Shown here one piece after another: positions 1 through 14,479 of a DNA stretch of 64,000 nt (position 1 is the first letter of the stretch; each line of letters opens with the position of its first letter). The translations under genes were made by a program, and so were the position numbers. The notes beneath the pieces were generated by a model that was given only the letters and a program-made list of their open reading frames with translations, made no database searches and was not told where the DNA came from. This DNA is from Phoronis australis (Eukaryota > Animalia > Phoronida): positions 186,001 to 250,000 of the forward strand of contig NMRA01000463.1 of assembly GCA_002633005.1 (NCBI GenBank). The letters are read 5' to 3'.

Positions 1-3000
1 ATTCGGTACGTAAATAGTATTCAGGTCTACACAACTCAGTAAAATGAAGCCACCGGGATGGAGAAAATGGTACAATGTTTTCATAAACAACATTTTACTG
101 AATCACCTCCATTGTGAACCAACGTGTTCCCCTTGTTATTTGTTATTGGTCCACAATATATGTTATTCCAATCTTTAATACGTCTGCCTCTGCCTTACAA
201 TGAAGAATGGAGCGTTTAAGAAGCGCATAAATAGTCTACTGTGAGATTACATAATCGCAGATGCGTGATATGGTTTCTTTTTGTAACGGAACAGCGTAAT
301 TACGGTTGAATTAATTAGCTAATAGGTGACAGACTATATACGAGTCGCGTGCTAAGCAAGTCCATTGTAGTACTGTTCCATGTCCTCTGGCTTGAGTTGT
401 TGAATGTGGCTGGTGAACCACTTGAATCCGTGTAGACTATATTATTGACCGTGTGGCGATATGCACTTTGTAGGCACGATCAGAGCTATGTTTATACCGT
501 TTCCATAATTATCCATTCCACTATTTACCGTATCGGGCATGGTTATGGCCAACTTTGTTGTTAAACTAACTAACTAATTGCACAACGATATTGTAAATAA
601 ATTATTATGGTTGTCTGCTATTGTTAGTATGATATTGCTATTGGTGCTGTAATTGAAACACAGTGATATCGACGCAGCACAATTTGGATAAGGAAATAAA
701 AAATAATTCACAAACTGGTGTTTTGATTCACACACTGTTGGTACTATTCTGGACGATGGTAGTTCTTAGTTACATTTCGAAGATCCATCTCACGTTAATC
801 ATGCGTAGTTTAGGTGTACATGTACATGACTGTACAGAACAATTCATGTTGAGATCATATAGCACTTTATTATTGGTCTGTGGATTTAATTCTATGAAAC
901 TACAGATATTAACTCCGTCAAAGTGCATATGTTGCTGAAAGTAGAAAGTCTGTACAGTTTGATTTTTGACTATTCACCAATGCGTTATGAATTTGCCCAA
1001 AAGAGCTCGTCTTTTTACCAAGATCTGAAAAAAAGAAATATGGATAGTAAACTACAGGGACCAATAACATGATCACATTTTATTCCAAGGTGAGATCTCA
1101 AAAACGTTGCTATGGTTTTATTTTCTAAGATATCATTTCGTTTCTGTTTTTTTAAACTTTTGACTTTTTCCATGAAAATTACAAATGCCGTATTTGATAG
1201 AGGGGGCAGTTTGAAAGCAATTCCTAACAGCGAATTGTAAAACAGTGTATAAATCATAATATATGAGTGCCTCATATAAAATCAATTAATCGTTTCTGAG
1301 ACATGTCGTTCCGAACTTGGCCAATTTTTTACATTTTTCTAGGGTCTTACATATCATCAAGAACGGATGGCAACAACCGATCCGTTCTTAGTCTGTCGTC
1401 ATCCGATCGGTCACGAAAATCTCCGATTCCATTTGACGACGACTCTCGGACATTTTTGCAGAACATTAATGTCGTATTTACAGTCTGAGAAATTTTTGCG
1501 CTAACGAGATGTGGTTGGTTAAATATGGTGATCAGCACGAAATTAAAAACATACCCTGGCTAAAATTACCACCAGTTCCAAGGCGGTTAATAGGCCGTAT
1601 TATGTGCATAATTAGCCAAATCGTTGGCCTTAAAAATCTCACCTGCAATCTGTCAAAAATACATCGATGTTTGCCCAAGTATGCGTTACAGATGTTAGAT
1701 TGTTATCGGATTGTTCAGTGTAAACAGTTGAGAAATTCGGAGAAATGTGGCCTGCTATTTTCACAAACGATACACTTCCGGACAAAACAGCGTGAGCAAC
1801 AATGATTCGCTGTTCACTCGCGCGTGGACGTGAATACCGTGACTGTCTATGACTGAAATAGAGAACTCGACAGAAGTTTCACAGGTTTACATCTGGCATG
1901 TTTACTATGAGATATAACTTGATGGTCAGTTTTCTTAAGATCCAAACTAAAAAGACCTACTTGTTCAGGAAAAATCAAAGCCAAAAATATCGATTGTAGT
2001 TTATTTACAATCAAATCTTGTTACACATTATGTCGTTGATCCAAAAAGGCGGATTTGCAGCCTAGAAAAACGCATTTGGAATCTCTGTTGTTGGATACGG
2101 CACACGTCTTGAAGTTTTAAGCTGTAACCAAACATAAAACTCGTGTTTTTGTGATTGTATTACAAATTTCCAATTCTTACAGTTGTCTTTCAGACATTAG
2201 CTGAAATTAACTATAAAGGCTAGTGTCTTACTCAACATTAGATTGCTTAACATAGTCCGCCATTTATAGAGCGGGATTAATCTCGACCAGCACAAGAGAG
2301 AGTTAGAGTTCGACCAAGGCGGTGATCAGTGCGAAGGCTGGCCTCAGAAAATCACTTTTCATTACGATAATACCCCTTTAAAAATTAAACAACCTGAGAT
2401 AAAAACACCAAAACACACGTACAGGCTTGCTCGAAGTTCTACTGTGCTTTTGTCTTATCGTTTAGTTGATGGTTCATTTTTATCGACAAGCACTCATTAT
2501 CTAGGTCACTCTAGACTTAAACACACTCTTATTTCAAAAGAAACATATCCACGTTCTTTAATCATTTGCGTGAATTGGAATTGGTCACAACCAATCGCCA
2601 GACGTCGCCCTGGTGGCCATACTACCTTGGCGACTGTCACCCACCGAGTCAAGCAACTAACGGGCAGGTTCTCTAACAAATGACATCTTGTCACTTGAGG
2701 GTAAAATTGTCGATCAAGATTTTTATAATATTCCATCTTCATCGACAATTATATTCGCATGTTATGGTGAAAAACGGACATAACTTGCTACTTTTTTCCA
2801 AGTCTAACAACCGTGTTTAATTTGAGATACGAAGAAGACGATGCTGGTTTTACAAAAAGCATGAATACGTTTTGGTCATACGCGTGGCTTTATTGATTGA
2901 TTGATAAGGTGTGTCTCAATATATCGACCAGTAACTCGCCTGAACTCCTGTCGATAACGGGCATCTGTATAGTAATTCATTTCGCCGCTAGGGTCGCTTG

Positions 3001-6000
3001 TTTCTTGTCGTTACATCACTTGCGACTGTGAGTTTCAATTTATTGTTGTCTGTTCTTCGAAAGTTAAGAATTCATTTTAAATGAACTGAGTGAGGTCCAT
3101 ACACAAGCCGACACCGATTTATTAAAACATCTGTTCAGCGATATAATTCAAAGTTTGAAACCGAAAATGTCTGCCTGAGAGTCTCAAGTCTCTTTTTAAG
3201 AAACACGCCCCAGAATAAGTTCACTAAAGTAACGCAAGGTATGTTTCACTCACCCAGAAAAACCGTAGTGTTTGCACACACACGGTTTGGCAATTTGTTT
3301 TCTTTTGATAAATGTCGACTAAAAAGGTTCAAAACACTAATCGGAGAAAGAGATGTTTGGCGATTGAGTAATTTACCACCCACCGTGGCTCTCGCCTTTC
3401 TAACACTGATGCTAATCAGCTGCGTAAGGCACACCAATAGACAATCATGAATGAATGCTGATTTTTTTAGTGTCGCGTAACGTATAATTCGAAAAATCTA
3501 TCCAATGAACATGTGCTTTCAATTTTACCACACATCTGTTTTTGTGTGACTCCAAATGGTTAGCACCTGGTTTTAACCGACGCTACACTTTATCACCTAC
3601 AATCAATGGACCTCAATCCTTTATTGGCTCTATACTTACACCCTATTATCAAATGTTGATGGACATAGTATAACTTTCCTGATATCAGAGCCAGCTCAGG
3701 GGTCTGTGCAGGCATAGATTGCTGGAGAAACAAATTAAAAACACAGTTGCCTGGCGTTAGTCGGACATAAAGCTTGTGTTTCACAAAATAAGGATGTCGT
3801 GTTCTTTTGAAATGCATTGCCCTGCCAAAATTAATGGCTCAAAATCTTGGATCAAACCACGCCATCGTTCTGGAAATGCTCATAATGTCGTTAATTAGTA
3901 TTATTGCCGACATGATTGAATTACGTAAAAACCAGCTTTCGGCTGCAGAGCACATGCGCATGTCCTCTGTTAATTCGTATTGTTTTAATTGCCTCCCTTG
4001 TCGGCTATTCATTATTTCAACCATCAAGCATTGTCCGATATGTAATCGATTACATTATATTTACTATAATTTCTTAACATTGACCCGATTTGCTTTCACA
4101 AAACAGCAAAAAGGTGTTATAGAGAGGCAGTCGTCACCCAGTTGGATTATTCCGGATAAACCCCACGGATAAAATATTAAAATCATTGATACGTGTAACA
4201 GTTGGACGCCAAAATTTCTTAGATGCGTGCGGGGTGTTTGAGCATTCATTCGGGGCACGAACTCATATAACCTTATTGTTGTAACAAAACATTTTATGGC
4301 TGTGACATTTTCTTTGACTATTTTCCAAAACATTTCGCTTTTCGTGACCGTGGAGTAGTCGTATGGATCAAACAAATGAATGTACTATGAGCGTGAATCA
4401 TTTAGGCAGACCACACAGAGTAGAGTCAGAAAGAAAATATTTATGAAACTTGGGAATCCCCACAAAATCGCACTGTGGAGTTGAACTCATTTAGCAAACA
4501 TTAGGAAAATTAGCCAAAACAATGTCGTGCGTATTTCGACGTACGTCCCATGATTATTTTTTTAATAACCATTGTTAGGTGATTGACAGCCGACAGCTTT
4601 TTGGACAGAGTAATTATAATGGACATGCTTATACATCACGGAACAGAAAATCCACTAAAATCTTTTACGGCTCCTAGATTTATACCCACTGAGTTTAAAT
4701 CGTTATTTTTTTCAAACGAAAACAATTTCATACATGTACACTGTACCTACTGACTTCGTCGGCAGTGAATGTGTAAACATTTTGCGAACACTTCGCTGCT
4801 GACACCTATCGGATATATGCAAAAATAAGCTGGATGTGTGTGGAGACCACCGGTGACCATACTTCACGTTATTCTAGAGTAAGCCTAGATAAACGTTCGA
4901 TTACATTATCATAATGAACTGCTAAAAACACGAGTTCGTGAAAATAAACTATGCACTATACTGTGCACACATATACATATCTTGCGGGGTCCACGAAACT
5001 TAGTAACTTAGAATCGTCCATTTTGAGCATTCACACAAATCACTTTAATGGGTACACAACATAAGAAGGTGGCATTATAGCGGAAATTTTCGCAAATATA
5101 GGCAACCGAGCCTCATTTTACATGCGCGCGTGTGCAATTCGTGTGCAGCGGGATCGGAAGAGACATCCCCGCCATCTTTATGGTGGTTGAACCTACAGAA
5201 GGCTCGGGGTTCTGTTTCTGAAAAAAAAAAACGTACGGTGATGATGAGTTTCGTGTCCATTACAAACGGGTTGCCCACTTCGAATCCACTCGCTATGTAT
5301 ATGGTTATGCATAGGCGCAATTAGGAAGGCCCTGGCCCAATACCCCTTAAGAAACACGACCACGTGAAAAAGCGCCTTCAGCAAGCAAGGATTTACGCGG
5401 AAACTTTCCTTCACTTATGAAGAGATAGATCCTCTAGTTTTTATCCTAATTTTGTAGCTGCACCTTGTCACGCATTATGAACACTCGGGCGAGCTGTTTG
5501 GATTGTTGATGTAATTAAATAATGTACTAAGAATAAGATAAAGTTGGTGTTATAATCAACCAACACTCAACAGGCTGACTAAGTTTATTTTCATGAACGA
5601 TTATCTATGTTCATGTATTTATTGAAACAATTGAAATCGACGCATACTCTTCACACAAAGGCCATATCCATTTCCAAAACAATTAGACATGTACAAGTAA
5701 ACGGATACCGTAGTTTGTTTAAGACTACGCCATTAAGGGATTATGCTGAACGTAACTAAATATCGTGCTTTTGTCTATGGATACTTTGGTCTCATAAAGC
5801 GAAGTCTTGTCCAACGCCACCAGTCTCGGAGAGTCGTTTTCTTACATCGGCACTAAAACTCTACTACGTGATGCACGTGCTAAGAGTGCTGGGAGGCGGC
5901 ATTGAAAACCTCAACTCTGCAAACATAATTTCACTCACAAGCACACTATTTTATTAAATAAGCGATGAACCCTGCGTAATCACGAGATCCCAGTGTTACT

Positions 6001-8618
6001 TGCCAGTGTTCACTTGTTTCATGTTCATTTTTGGACATTTAGTACCAAGGGGCCCGTTTCAAGAAAACTGGCTTACTGTAGGTAGAGACAAATCTTAAAT
6101 TTCAGACAATTTTAAGATAAAACTTCATTTTGTCTTTAGTCTGTTCCAAGAACGTGATGTTAAGTTTGGCGTTTGCTTTTGATTTAACTTTTGTCTTGAG
6201 TTCGACTAACTTACAGTATGTGGAAATTTCAAAGCTTGGTAAATGAGGCAAATCTCAGACTTAAGTCAAGAATGCACTTAAGCCAGATTCTTGGAACGGA
6301 CATTCAAAATGAAAAATGTATGCCAAAAGTTACAACGTCAGCAAGTTTATGTCATTGATACGCGTCAACATAAACAACCAGAGGTGATAGCAGTCTAAAG
6401 TTTACAAAATCGTTTACTCAATATAACACGGAAAAGGGTTCGCGAGAACAAGGAATAGCGTCGTAAATTCTGTTTTTGGCATAGAGTGATTAAACTTGTG
6501 GTCCTAGGTGTAACATTATTGCAACTGTACATGTATATGCAATTCCAGGATTTTGTTTTAACATCATTTGTGGGATGTACGAGACCAGCAACTAACAGGC
6601 AAAATGAAGGTAGTAATAACAGTAAATGTACGGTTTATCTAACTTCACATTTATTGTAATACCAACAGCTGCACCGATTAGAACCAGTGTTAACTCTCAA
6701 ACTTGTGCAAGAGGGTTTACGCCACCAACAGGTTATATTCCATCTGTTTTACTTTGGAAGTTTCAGAGAGCTGTTTTATCACTTCAAAACAATCGTGGCG
6801 ACTTTATGATTTGAAAACGAAAGTGATAGTGACAATAAGAGTGATATCGGTAATCACAGTATTGATAAATAACAAAACAGCAATTGTAAGAATAGTTAAT
6901 GTATCACCGATGATAATGAAATCCTTACTAATTTATATATAGTTCACGGTTACTATTCTAGTAACTTGCTATGTAAATAGTTTCAGCGTATCGAAAATGT
7001 TCAAAATTTCTTAGCAGCAATGTAGTAATGTTGTTTGGGAGTTGATACCTTTTGTTCAGATTACAGTGTATGCTTGATGATATGACATGGAAAACTGTAA
7101 ACAAGAAAATGAAAGTATTTACACGTACTACACTTCCTGAATTCAATGGTGGCTATAATGGGATAAAAATGTCTTACCGTATAGCCCTGCAATTAGGCGC
7201 ATGTGCCTATATAGGGACCACTGCGTTTTTTATCAGGGTTTATTTACTCAAATGTCCCGCACATAGGCGCGTGTACTTAAGTTTTGCAATTAGGCACAGA
7301 TGGTGCTCCGGTTATAGGCGCACCTTGAATAATTTTATAAAATACTCTGAAAATATATTTTTAAGCTCATTATATTAGCTACATGTTCAAGAACAGAAGG
7401 ACTTACGTATGAAGGTTCCTTTTCCAATTGAATTAATTATTGGATTTCCATTCTCCGCAATTGCACCTTTTTGCAACGGAGTACTATATAAGGATTCCAT
7501 ATTTTCATATAGGTTAGGTTATAAATAACACAGTGTATGTCCACTGCTAAATCAATTAATAAGCAGTGTGTGACTGCTGCGAAAGGAATTAGAGAAAAAA
7601 TGTCTATTAATACACGTTTTCCTTCTCTTAAAATCTCCCATCACATGGCCAGGTTACTTTTAGTTGCCCCTGCCTTCCAAAGGGGGCGTCACCAACTTGG
7701 CATTCTAAAAGGATTAAGATAAGGATTTCCTACATGTAGCTACACAGTCCGTCAACAATGTAATTGATTACCAGGAAGTGTAATCACGCCTGCCACACAA
7801 AATTCCTGCAACAAATGCCTGTCTTCTAATGGGTTATAAAGGAGACATTTTAGAGCGGCATGAAATGCGAAAGCTGTTGGCTGGGAAGCGTCTTAAAATT
7901 CACCCCAATTAGTTTCAGGTTTCTAGGTCTATCTAAAACCTGTCGTTTTGTTAGGGCCTCTGTTTTTGGACAGGGTACCTAGATTGAAGTACGGTTGTAT
8001 TTCAGTCTAGGTACACTCGTACGACCATCGGTCTATGTATGTGCTCAAATTCAACTGCTGACTCCGTATGAAATCATAAAATTGCAATTAGACGGGAAAT
8101 GTTTTCGAACACACCAACAGATCATTGTTGTACATGTATAGACTGCAATAGGAAAACTTCCTCAGTGTTTCTGCTGTCTGATTTTTAAACGTTTAAGATG
8201 TGGAATGCAGGTCTAAAGATATTGGTGAACGTGTCCGAAAGCAGACGACTTCAGTGTTAACCTTACTTTTATTCCGCGATGTATTGGTTTTCTCAAGTCG
8301 GCCTAAGTAGAATTTTTCTGGAACTTGAACAACTCTAGTTTAAAGTTTTGGCTTTTAAATAAATAAGTGTTGCATCAAATTTTGTTCTTCAACGATTTAT
8401 TTTCATTCCTCCCGTGTTTTTTTCGAAACACTACACTACGTAAATTGGGGGGAGGGGGTAATCGAAATTAAATAGTCTATATCAAATCAAAAATATTCAA
8501 ACTTTGAAAAACTAGGCAAGTCCATTTCATAAACATGACCCATATTATTGGCAAACACGATTGCCAATTTTACAGCGTATCATGTAATTAATCATGGATC
8601 AAAGTGATGTTATTTCAG

Positions 8619-8787
8619 GAAGCAGTGGAACAAAAACAAAGGAGGGAATTGGCCGATTGTTCTGCCAAATATGTGAAGTACCGATATCCAAAACACACCC
8701 ATAACAAGGCACTTTTTGTTTACACACTGAACAGTGCCCAAGATGACGCAGTCAACCGGCTGGAAGGCTTACAAATTAAAGGAATAG
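8619..8787 (+). pseudogene. Paralog 1 linker exon (EAVEQKQRRELADCSAKY...)
   Basis: tttcag|GAA acceptor and G|gtgac donor; aligns with exon 26378-26552 (ELAD..AKY). Confidence 0.7.
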
Positions 8788-9181
8788 GTGACATTGATAT
8801 CTATTATACATTGTTGCCAACTAGACAGGAGTTCATGGCAGACCATTTAATACTGAAGCGTTCGTTATCAAATACCAATAGTCCTTCGACAGTATCATAT
8901 ACATGTAATTTGTTAAACTCTTATGTTCTTTAAATTGAATGCTTCGTTTGGAATTTCGACTAAGAATACAGCAATAAAGAAGAGGAGTAAGACAACATCA
9001 AAATTGAGTAAGAACACGACAATTGCAGTTATTGCTTTACTTTGACAATGACAACGTTATCGTTATGGTTATCAGGTACATGTACATGTAAGTACAGTCT
9101 ACAAATATGAATTTTAACTGATATTTGGAAAACATTTACACTCTAATCTTAGATCATGGCTCCTTCTAATACTTTTTTAAG

Positions 9182-9424
9182 GTACACGCAATCCCTCGGA
9201 GCCATCTGACCTCGTGACAAGTGGTCAGCAACGCCAACCTGGGAAAGACTGCAACACGATGTACGCTACATTCGTTGCTTCACTCACGGCATACTCAGAA
9301 GCAGTTGCCAAAATCATGTGGTCAGATGGATCAACTGGTACTGGTTAGCTTGTTGGTGTTGGTGAGAGGAAGTTCTTGATTACAAACCAGCACGTAACAG
9401 AAGAATCAATGGTTGCTACCCCAG
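9182..9424 (+). pseudogene. Paralog 1 protease exon carrying catalytic His and the premature TAG
   Basis: Translates ...YATFVASLTAYSEAVAKIMWSDGSTGTG*LVGVGERKFLITNQHV...; donor G|gtaaaa; absent from the ORF track because of the stop. Confidence 0.8.
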
Positions 9425-9603
9425 GTAAAAGTCGAACACTTTACCTTGATAACTTTGATTTTGACACCACGGCATATATTTGCACCTCACTAATATAAAG
9501 TAATGGATGTTTAAAGGATCGTGTCATTTGTGAAAATCTCATTTTCGATCAGCCAACATGATTCATTTCATTACCAAATCTCCAACTCCCCTTTTATTCA
9601 CAG

Positions 9604-9917
9604 CGGAAGCAAAATTCAGACAAGATCAACGATGGGCTCAATTCTATCTCGACTGCCCTCCGCGTCCCGGCTGCAAAGAACTCACAGTGAAATTCAAACC
9701 TCATTTTCTTGCCAACACGGACCTTGACGTCGCAGTTCTAGAGTTAGACCTGGAATCACAGCAGTCATCCGGAGTCCTGGCTTTGCCAGAACCGATCAAA
9801 CGATTTAGAAAGTTAGACCACCACAAAAAGATCCAATTTTTCGGCCATCCCGCAGGAGACCTGAAAGTTTTCGACCCCCAGTGCACCATTGTTCCAGAAT
9901 CGGAAATAGAAAGGATT
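9604..9917 (+). pseudogene. Paralog 1 protease exon carrying catalytic Asp
   Basis: cacag acceptor, ATT|gtgagt donor; RWAQFYLD...DLDVAVLELD...FFGHPAGDLKVFDPQC. Confidence 0.85.
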
Positions 9918-11355
9918 GTGAGTAATATTGTTTTTTCCTGATTTCAAAAGCGCATATTCTTGATAAAAGTAAGTCATATTCGATCGGCAATACATTGTTC
10001 AAATAGTAACTTCTGTTTTCATCCCATAAGTTGAGTGCATCATGGCCATTTGGCATTGTTTTCTGTATTGTCCTCCAGGGACTACTTTCAACAGTTCCCC
10101 CATACTTGGTGACATGGAAAGTACAAGGGGTACTGAGATCAATGTCCATTCGACATCACTGGGTTGCTTGATCTCTTCAAAGTTTCTCAAAATAGTTTAA
10201 AGTGATGAAGTTAAAGCTGTATAATTAACAGTCAACATGGAATCAGGCCACACACCTAACATCTGATACTAAACTGGTAATAATACAAATCTTGTATTTT
10301 AAATTTAGTTGCTAAAATATTTCCATCTGCAACTCAAGGCGGCACCAGTTCCGAGTCTTCGGTAAATACATGTACAATGAAACAAAAAAGCAACGGCAAT
10401 TATACATTGAACTTGTAACATCTTTAAAAGTAATTAAATAACTAGAATATGTGCCTCGAACGAGCCCTCCATTTGGCGAAGTGGGCAAAAAGGTCCACCT
10501 GAGAGAACCGAAAAGTCCGAGCAAAGGCGCCAATGCACAATTCATAGCTCTGAACGTCGTATCCCGTCCTTTTTTAACCCCAAGGTTTTTGGTAGTATCA
10601 GTAAAAATTCGAGCCCCCTATATTTTAGGCTGGGTGCGTGCGTGGTCCGTACATGTAAGTGCTGACACATGATTTTATTGTAAATGTGTTTGACTATTAT
10701 ACAGTGCTGTAGTGCAGTAGGTATCACCTTGAGCACTGATTGTAACTTACAGTGCGTAAGCGCTACGTTCAAATGCCAAAAGGTGGTTGGCTGCGCCTGC
10801 GTGCGCTTATGCTCCACTACAGCACTGCTGTTATACTTTATTTTTTGCAATAATCATATTCCTTGGTCATTTCGGTATGCATCAATAAGTGACAACGATA
10901 TTAAAACATACATGTATCTGTCATTGTAATACTTCAAGTTCTTCTGTAAGACTAAGGGTGTGTAGTATTTCAATTGTGTCAGGTGATGGTGACAGCCACC
11001 CTGTTTACCAGAGTGAGTGCAATCACCATGTTTACCACTGGCGCCGTGCTTGCACCAAATTCAAATTTCTCGTTATGCCAAAAGAGCCACTTGAGGTTAT
11101 ACAATATCTTTCTAAACAATAATGTGACGGTTCATGCAACACATTTACCATCGAGTGTCGAGCTGTCCAGCAAATTTATTAACTTAGGTTCATGACCACC
11201 CACAGGACGCAAAATAACTGGGTTCCAGCTTAACAGTATGCTGCAGCTGACGTACTGGCTCCAGATAGGCCTAATACCAACCGAGTACATGTGTAAGTGA
11301 ACCTGTTCTTTAAAGAAGAAAACCTGATACACTGCTTTCTTTCACACTTTTCCAG

Positions 11356-11685
11356 TGTCCGGAGCTCTTGCAGTGGTCCTTTGAGACTTATGGCGAGAAC
11401 CGTTATCCAAAATTGCTGGATGAGGGCCGCGTACATTACAACACAAGTGAGGACTTTGGAAAAGGCACGTCAGGATGCCCGGGATTCATCATTGCCGAAG
11501 ACTACGAGGCGTCACTGGCTGTTATCCATGCATTTGCTTTTCCCGACAAACTCGTCTCGGTTGAAGGAATTCCGAACACGTGTCACTTTGAACAGGGAAT
11601 CCGCATTGAATGCGTGTACGATTGGCTGAAGGAGGTAGATCCAGAGATCTGCTCAGAAATCTTTCCTGACGGTAGGCCCTACTAG
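11356..11685 (+). pseudogene. Paralog 1 terminal protease exon carrying catalytic Ser
   Basis: ttttccag acceptor; YNTSEDFGKGTSGCPGF...HAFAFP...FEQGIRIE; ends in TAG at 11685. Confidence 0.85.
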
Positions 11686-12599
11686 TTAGTCTGCGTTCTG
11701 ATGAGTTATAAGGCACTGCATTGATGCTGAAGCTGTCTACAAGAGTTTTAAAATTGTATCAATCAACAGGGCCTGGATGTATTCCTCGACCGATGTGATC
11801 AACGGGTTTGGAAGTGAAGGACTTTGCGTTGTTCGGGTATCACGTTTCTTTTTTCAATGCAATATACATGTTCATTATTACATTCCAATGGAATCAGTCT
11901 ATATATTTGTATTATTAGATGACAACTGACTCTCTTTTTCCTATTATTTTTCAATCTCAAACCATAGCGGCTAAAGTGCTTTTGTCCTGAACTCCTCGTT
12001 TTGGAGCTATGCTAAACATGAGTGTGATAAAACACATCATTGTAAGAGAGTTTCCTCGATTTGTTTATTACTCGGGAAAATCATGTTCAGTTATGGCATG
12101 AATGTGTCGAAACTTTTTTCATGTTGAAAAGAGTAAAACTTTTTTTCCGCTCTTTGTCTACATATATAAAGATGTTTATGTATATGTTGAATTTTAATTC
12201 TATTTTGAGTGCAGTGCTGAAGTAATGGCATACATTTTTCTCAAATTCATACCTGTGGTACAGGTGTTGCAGTTTTTAGTGGATACCACTCCGCTTGTAA
12301 GTATGTAACTGTGCTTGCGAACGTTCTCGGTTAATAAACAATGTTTGTTTAATGCACTTAGTTTTTCTCTAAAGGAAAGCTGACCAAGCAACCAGCAGTT
12401 TGATGATCAGTCAACAGTACGATTCAACTCAAAAATCTCTTCTCACGTGACCAGCAGCAGCGCATTTATTTGAGGTCCACACGGAACGTTAATGCCGTAG
12501 TACTGTCACATCGTCAAAGTACCTCGCTTTTTGACCAACGTCAAACAAAACACGTGACAAGCACAATGTTGGTGTTAAAGCACTTGTAAATTCCGTACG

Positions 12600-13600
12600 A
12601 ACAAAAAACTGTTACCCTTTGTTTCTGGATTTCGTAGCGGCACCCGCTATTTCCTCTTCCAACAAAAGCTAAACCGGGGCGCTATTAGGAATTGCAACGT
12701 CTTATCACACTTGCTACAACATAGACCCAGATGACCCGGCCCGTGTCTCGTTCGAATGTCCCGTTTTTTTCATTCTCAAGTGTTGGCAACTTTGCCTAAT
12801 AATACTGGACTTAATCCGTGGAGACATTACGCCCAGTTTCTGACAACAACTCTGGGTGTAACTTCCGATGCTTGACGATCTAATTCTCCGTCGAGACGGA
12901 ACTAACGTACACCATGCTCTGTTCTAATGCTGTTTTGTGTCACCCAAACATCGTGAGAAAAGTTCATTTAACTAGAAATTGAGAAACATTTGAAGTAAAG
13001 CAACTGTGACTGATCATCCACCGAGGTATCTTGGCTACAATTAGATTTTCACTGTCATTAGGGTGCCCAACTCCTAGCCACAGGTTACATCAAACGCTGT
13101 TTGTCCAAAATAGTTCACCTCGCTACAAGAATGACACTGTCCATTCTGATAGCTTATTGCCCCTTTAAAACCCAACATTTGAGAAATTGTCAATCTTTTT
13201 AAACTTTTAAACCGAAGGTGTCACTCATCCTTGACACAATGGCTTCTTTAGGCCTAATGTTTCAATTTTAATCGGCAAACTATCCAGCTCTTCAGTAATG
13301 ACTACACAAAATTGTTCTGCTAGATTTGTGAAAAGCGTTAAAACCCCTAGGAAGTGGTGTTTCTTCAGCAGACCTCAACGAAATGCAGCTTTTCCATTGA
13401 AGCACCAGGACTATTTTTCGATTCAACTGCAGTCTAAGCGATCAGGTATCCTAATTTTCTAGCTGCTTCCCCTCGAAAAGGATGGACGCATATCTCGAAG
13501 CGTTGCCTTTCTAAAAGAATTCAATTACAGTAATAAACCAGGAAACTGGAAGATCTCCAGCAATGAACACAAACAATGCACTACGCATCGAGTAATTTTG
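12600..13600 (-). mobile_element. Possible highly degraded LINE reverse-transcriptase remnant
   Basis: Only scattered weak motif echoes on the minus strand (KNSPG, NIRP); no continuous ORF; boundaries approximate. Confidence 0.2.
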
Positions 13601-14382
13601 CCGCGTCGTCCACGATACATTGAAATTACTTTTGGAGATGTCAAAGGAGTAGATAAAATTTACCACGTCATTGTCTCTCAGAAATGTGGAAAAACAAAGT
13701 GTCAAATGGAGTGGAGTAAGAAATCTCCCGGATACTGCAGAATGGTGGTACAATGTTTTTTCTTACATCTATGCATTCACCGAAGATGTTTCTCTGAGAT
13801 AGTTTCAGTTTAGGCTGGTTCATAGAATTATAGGCTGTAATGAATTTTTATACAAGATTAGCGTAACTCATAGCTCACTGTGCACTTTTTGCTTAAATGA
13901 AATTGAATCTATTGTCCATGTGTACTGGTCTAGTAACGTTACTCAGCAGTTTTGGACTATTGTAAATAACTGTCTCGAAGATGCTGTTGGACATAGTTTA
14001 GAACTGTCTATACATGTATAATCAGTTCTGTTTGGTGTTCAGGTGGAAGTAGTTTTTAGCCTCGGAAAGTACCAGATTTATAAACAAAGATTAAAGTGCA
14101 AATATCCCTGCCTTGATATGTTTAAAAAGGAAGTTGAATTGTACATTCCACTGAACGGTATCAATGGTGAATTTATAGAGCGCTGGCAAGGTCTTGACCT
14201 TGTTTGCTTATTCTGAATGAATCATAGCCTCTACTGTGTTTTTTTCTCCAATGTCAAATTACCTCTGCACTGTAAGTGAACACCTTAACTGTTCTGTGAC
14301 TAGAACAAAAAAAACAAAAAAAAAACAATGCACTACCTTAACATCTCAGCGGCATTGATTCTCCAAAAATGGGTTGGTTGTG

Positions 14383-14479
14383 CATGGGCGGCGCCGCCTA
14401 TAGACCATGAGCGGAGCAACACTAAAAACACTGAGGGGGGGGCTACAGCCCTTCAGTCCCCTATGGTGCGCCGCCCGGC
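14383..14479. mobile_element. Small GC-rich MITE-like element
   Basis: gggcggcgc near 14386 and gcgccgccc at 14468-14476 form an inverted repeat in AT-rich surroundings. Confidence 0.35.

Larger units (their letters stand above)
8619..11685 (+). pseudogene. FAM111-like trypsin-fold serine protease paralog (4 exons), interrupted by one in-frame TAG
   Basis: Exons 8619-8787, 9182-9424, 9604-9917 and 11356-11685 have AG/GT boundaries and phases (0/1/1/0) matching the downstream paralog. The triad is present: TNQH (9391), DLDVA (9726), GTSGCPG (11470). GTG*LVG has TAG at 9346-9348 where the paralog has GTGWLVG. Confidence 0.8.
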
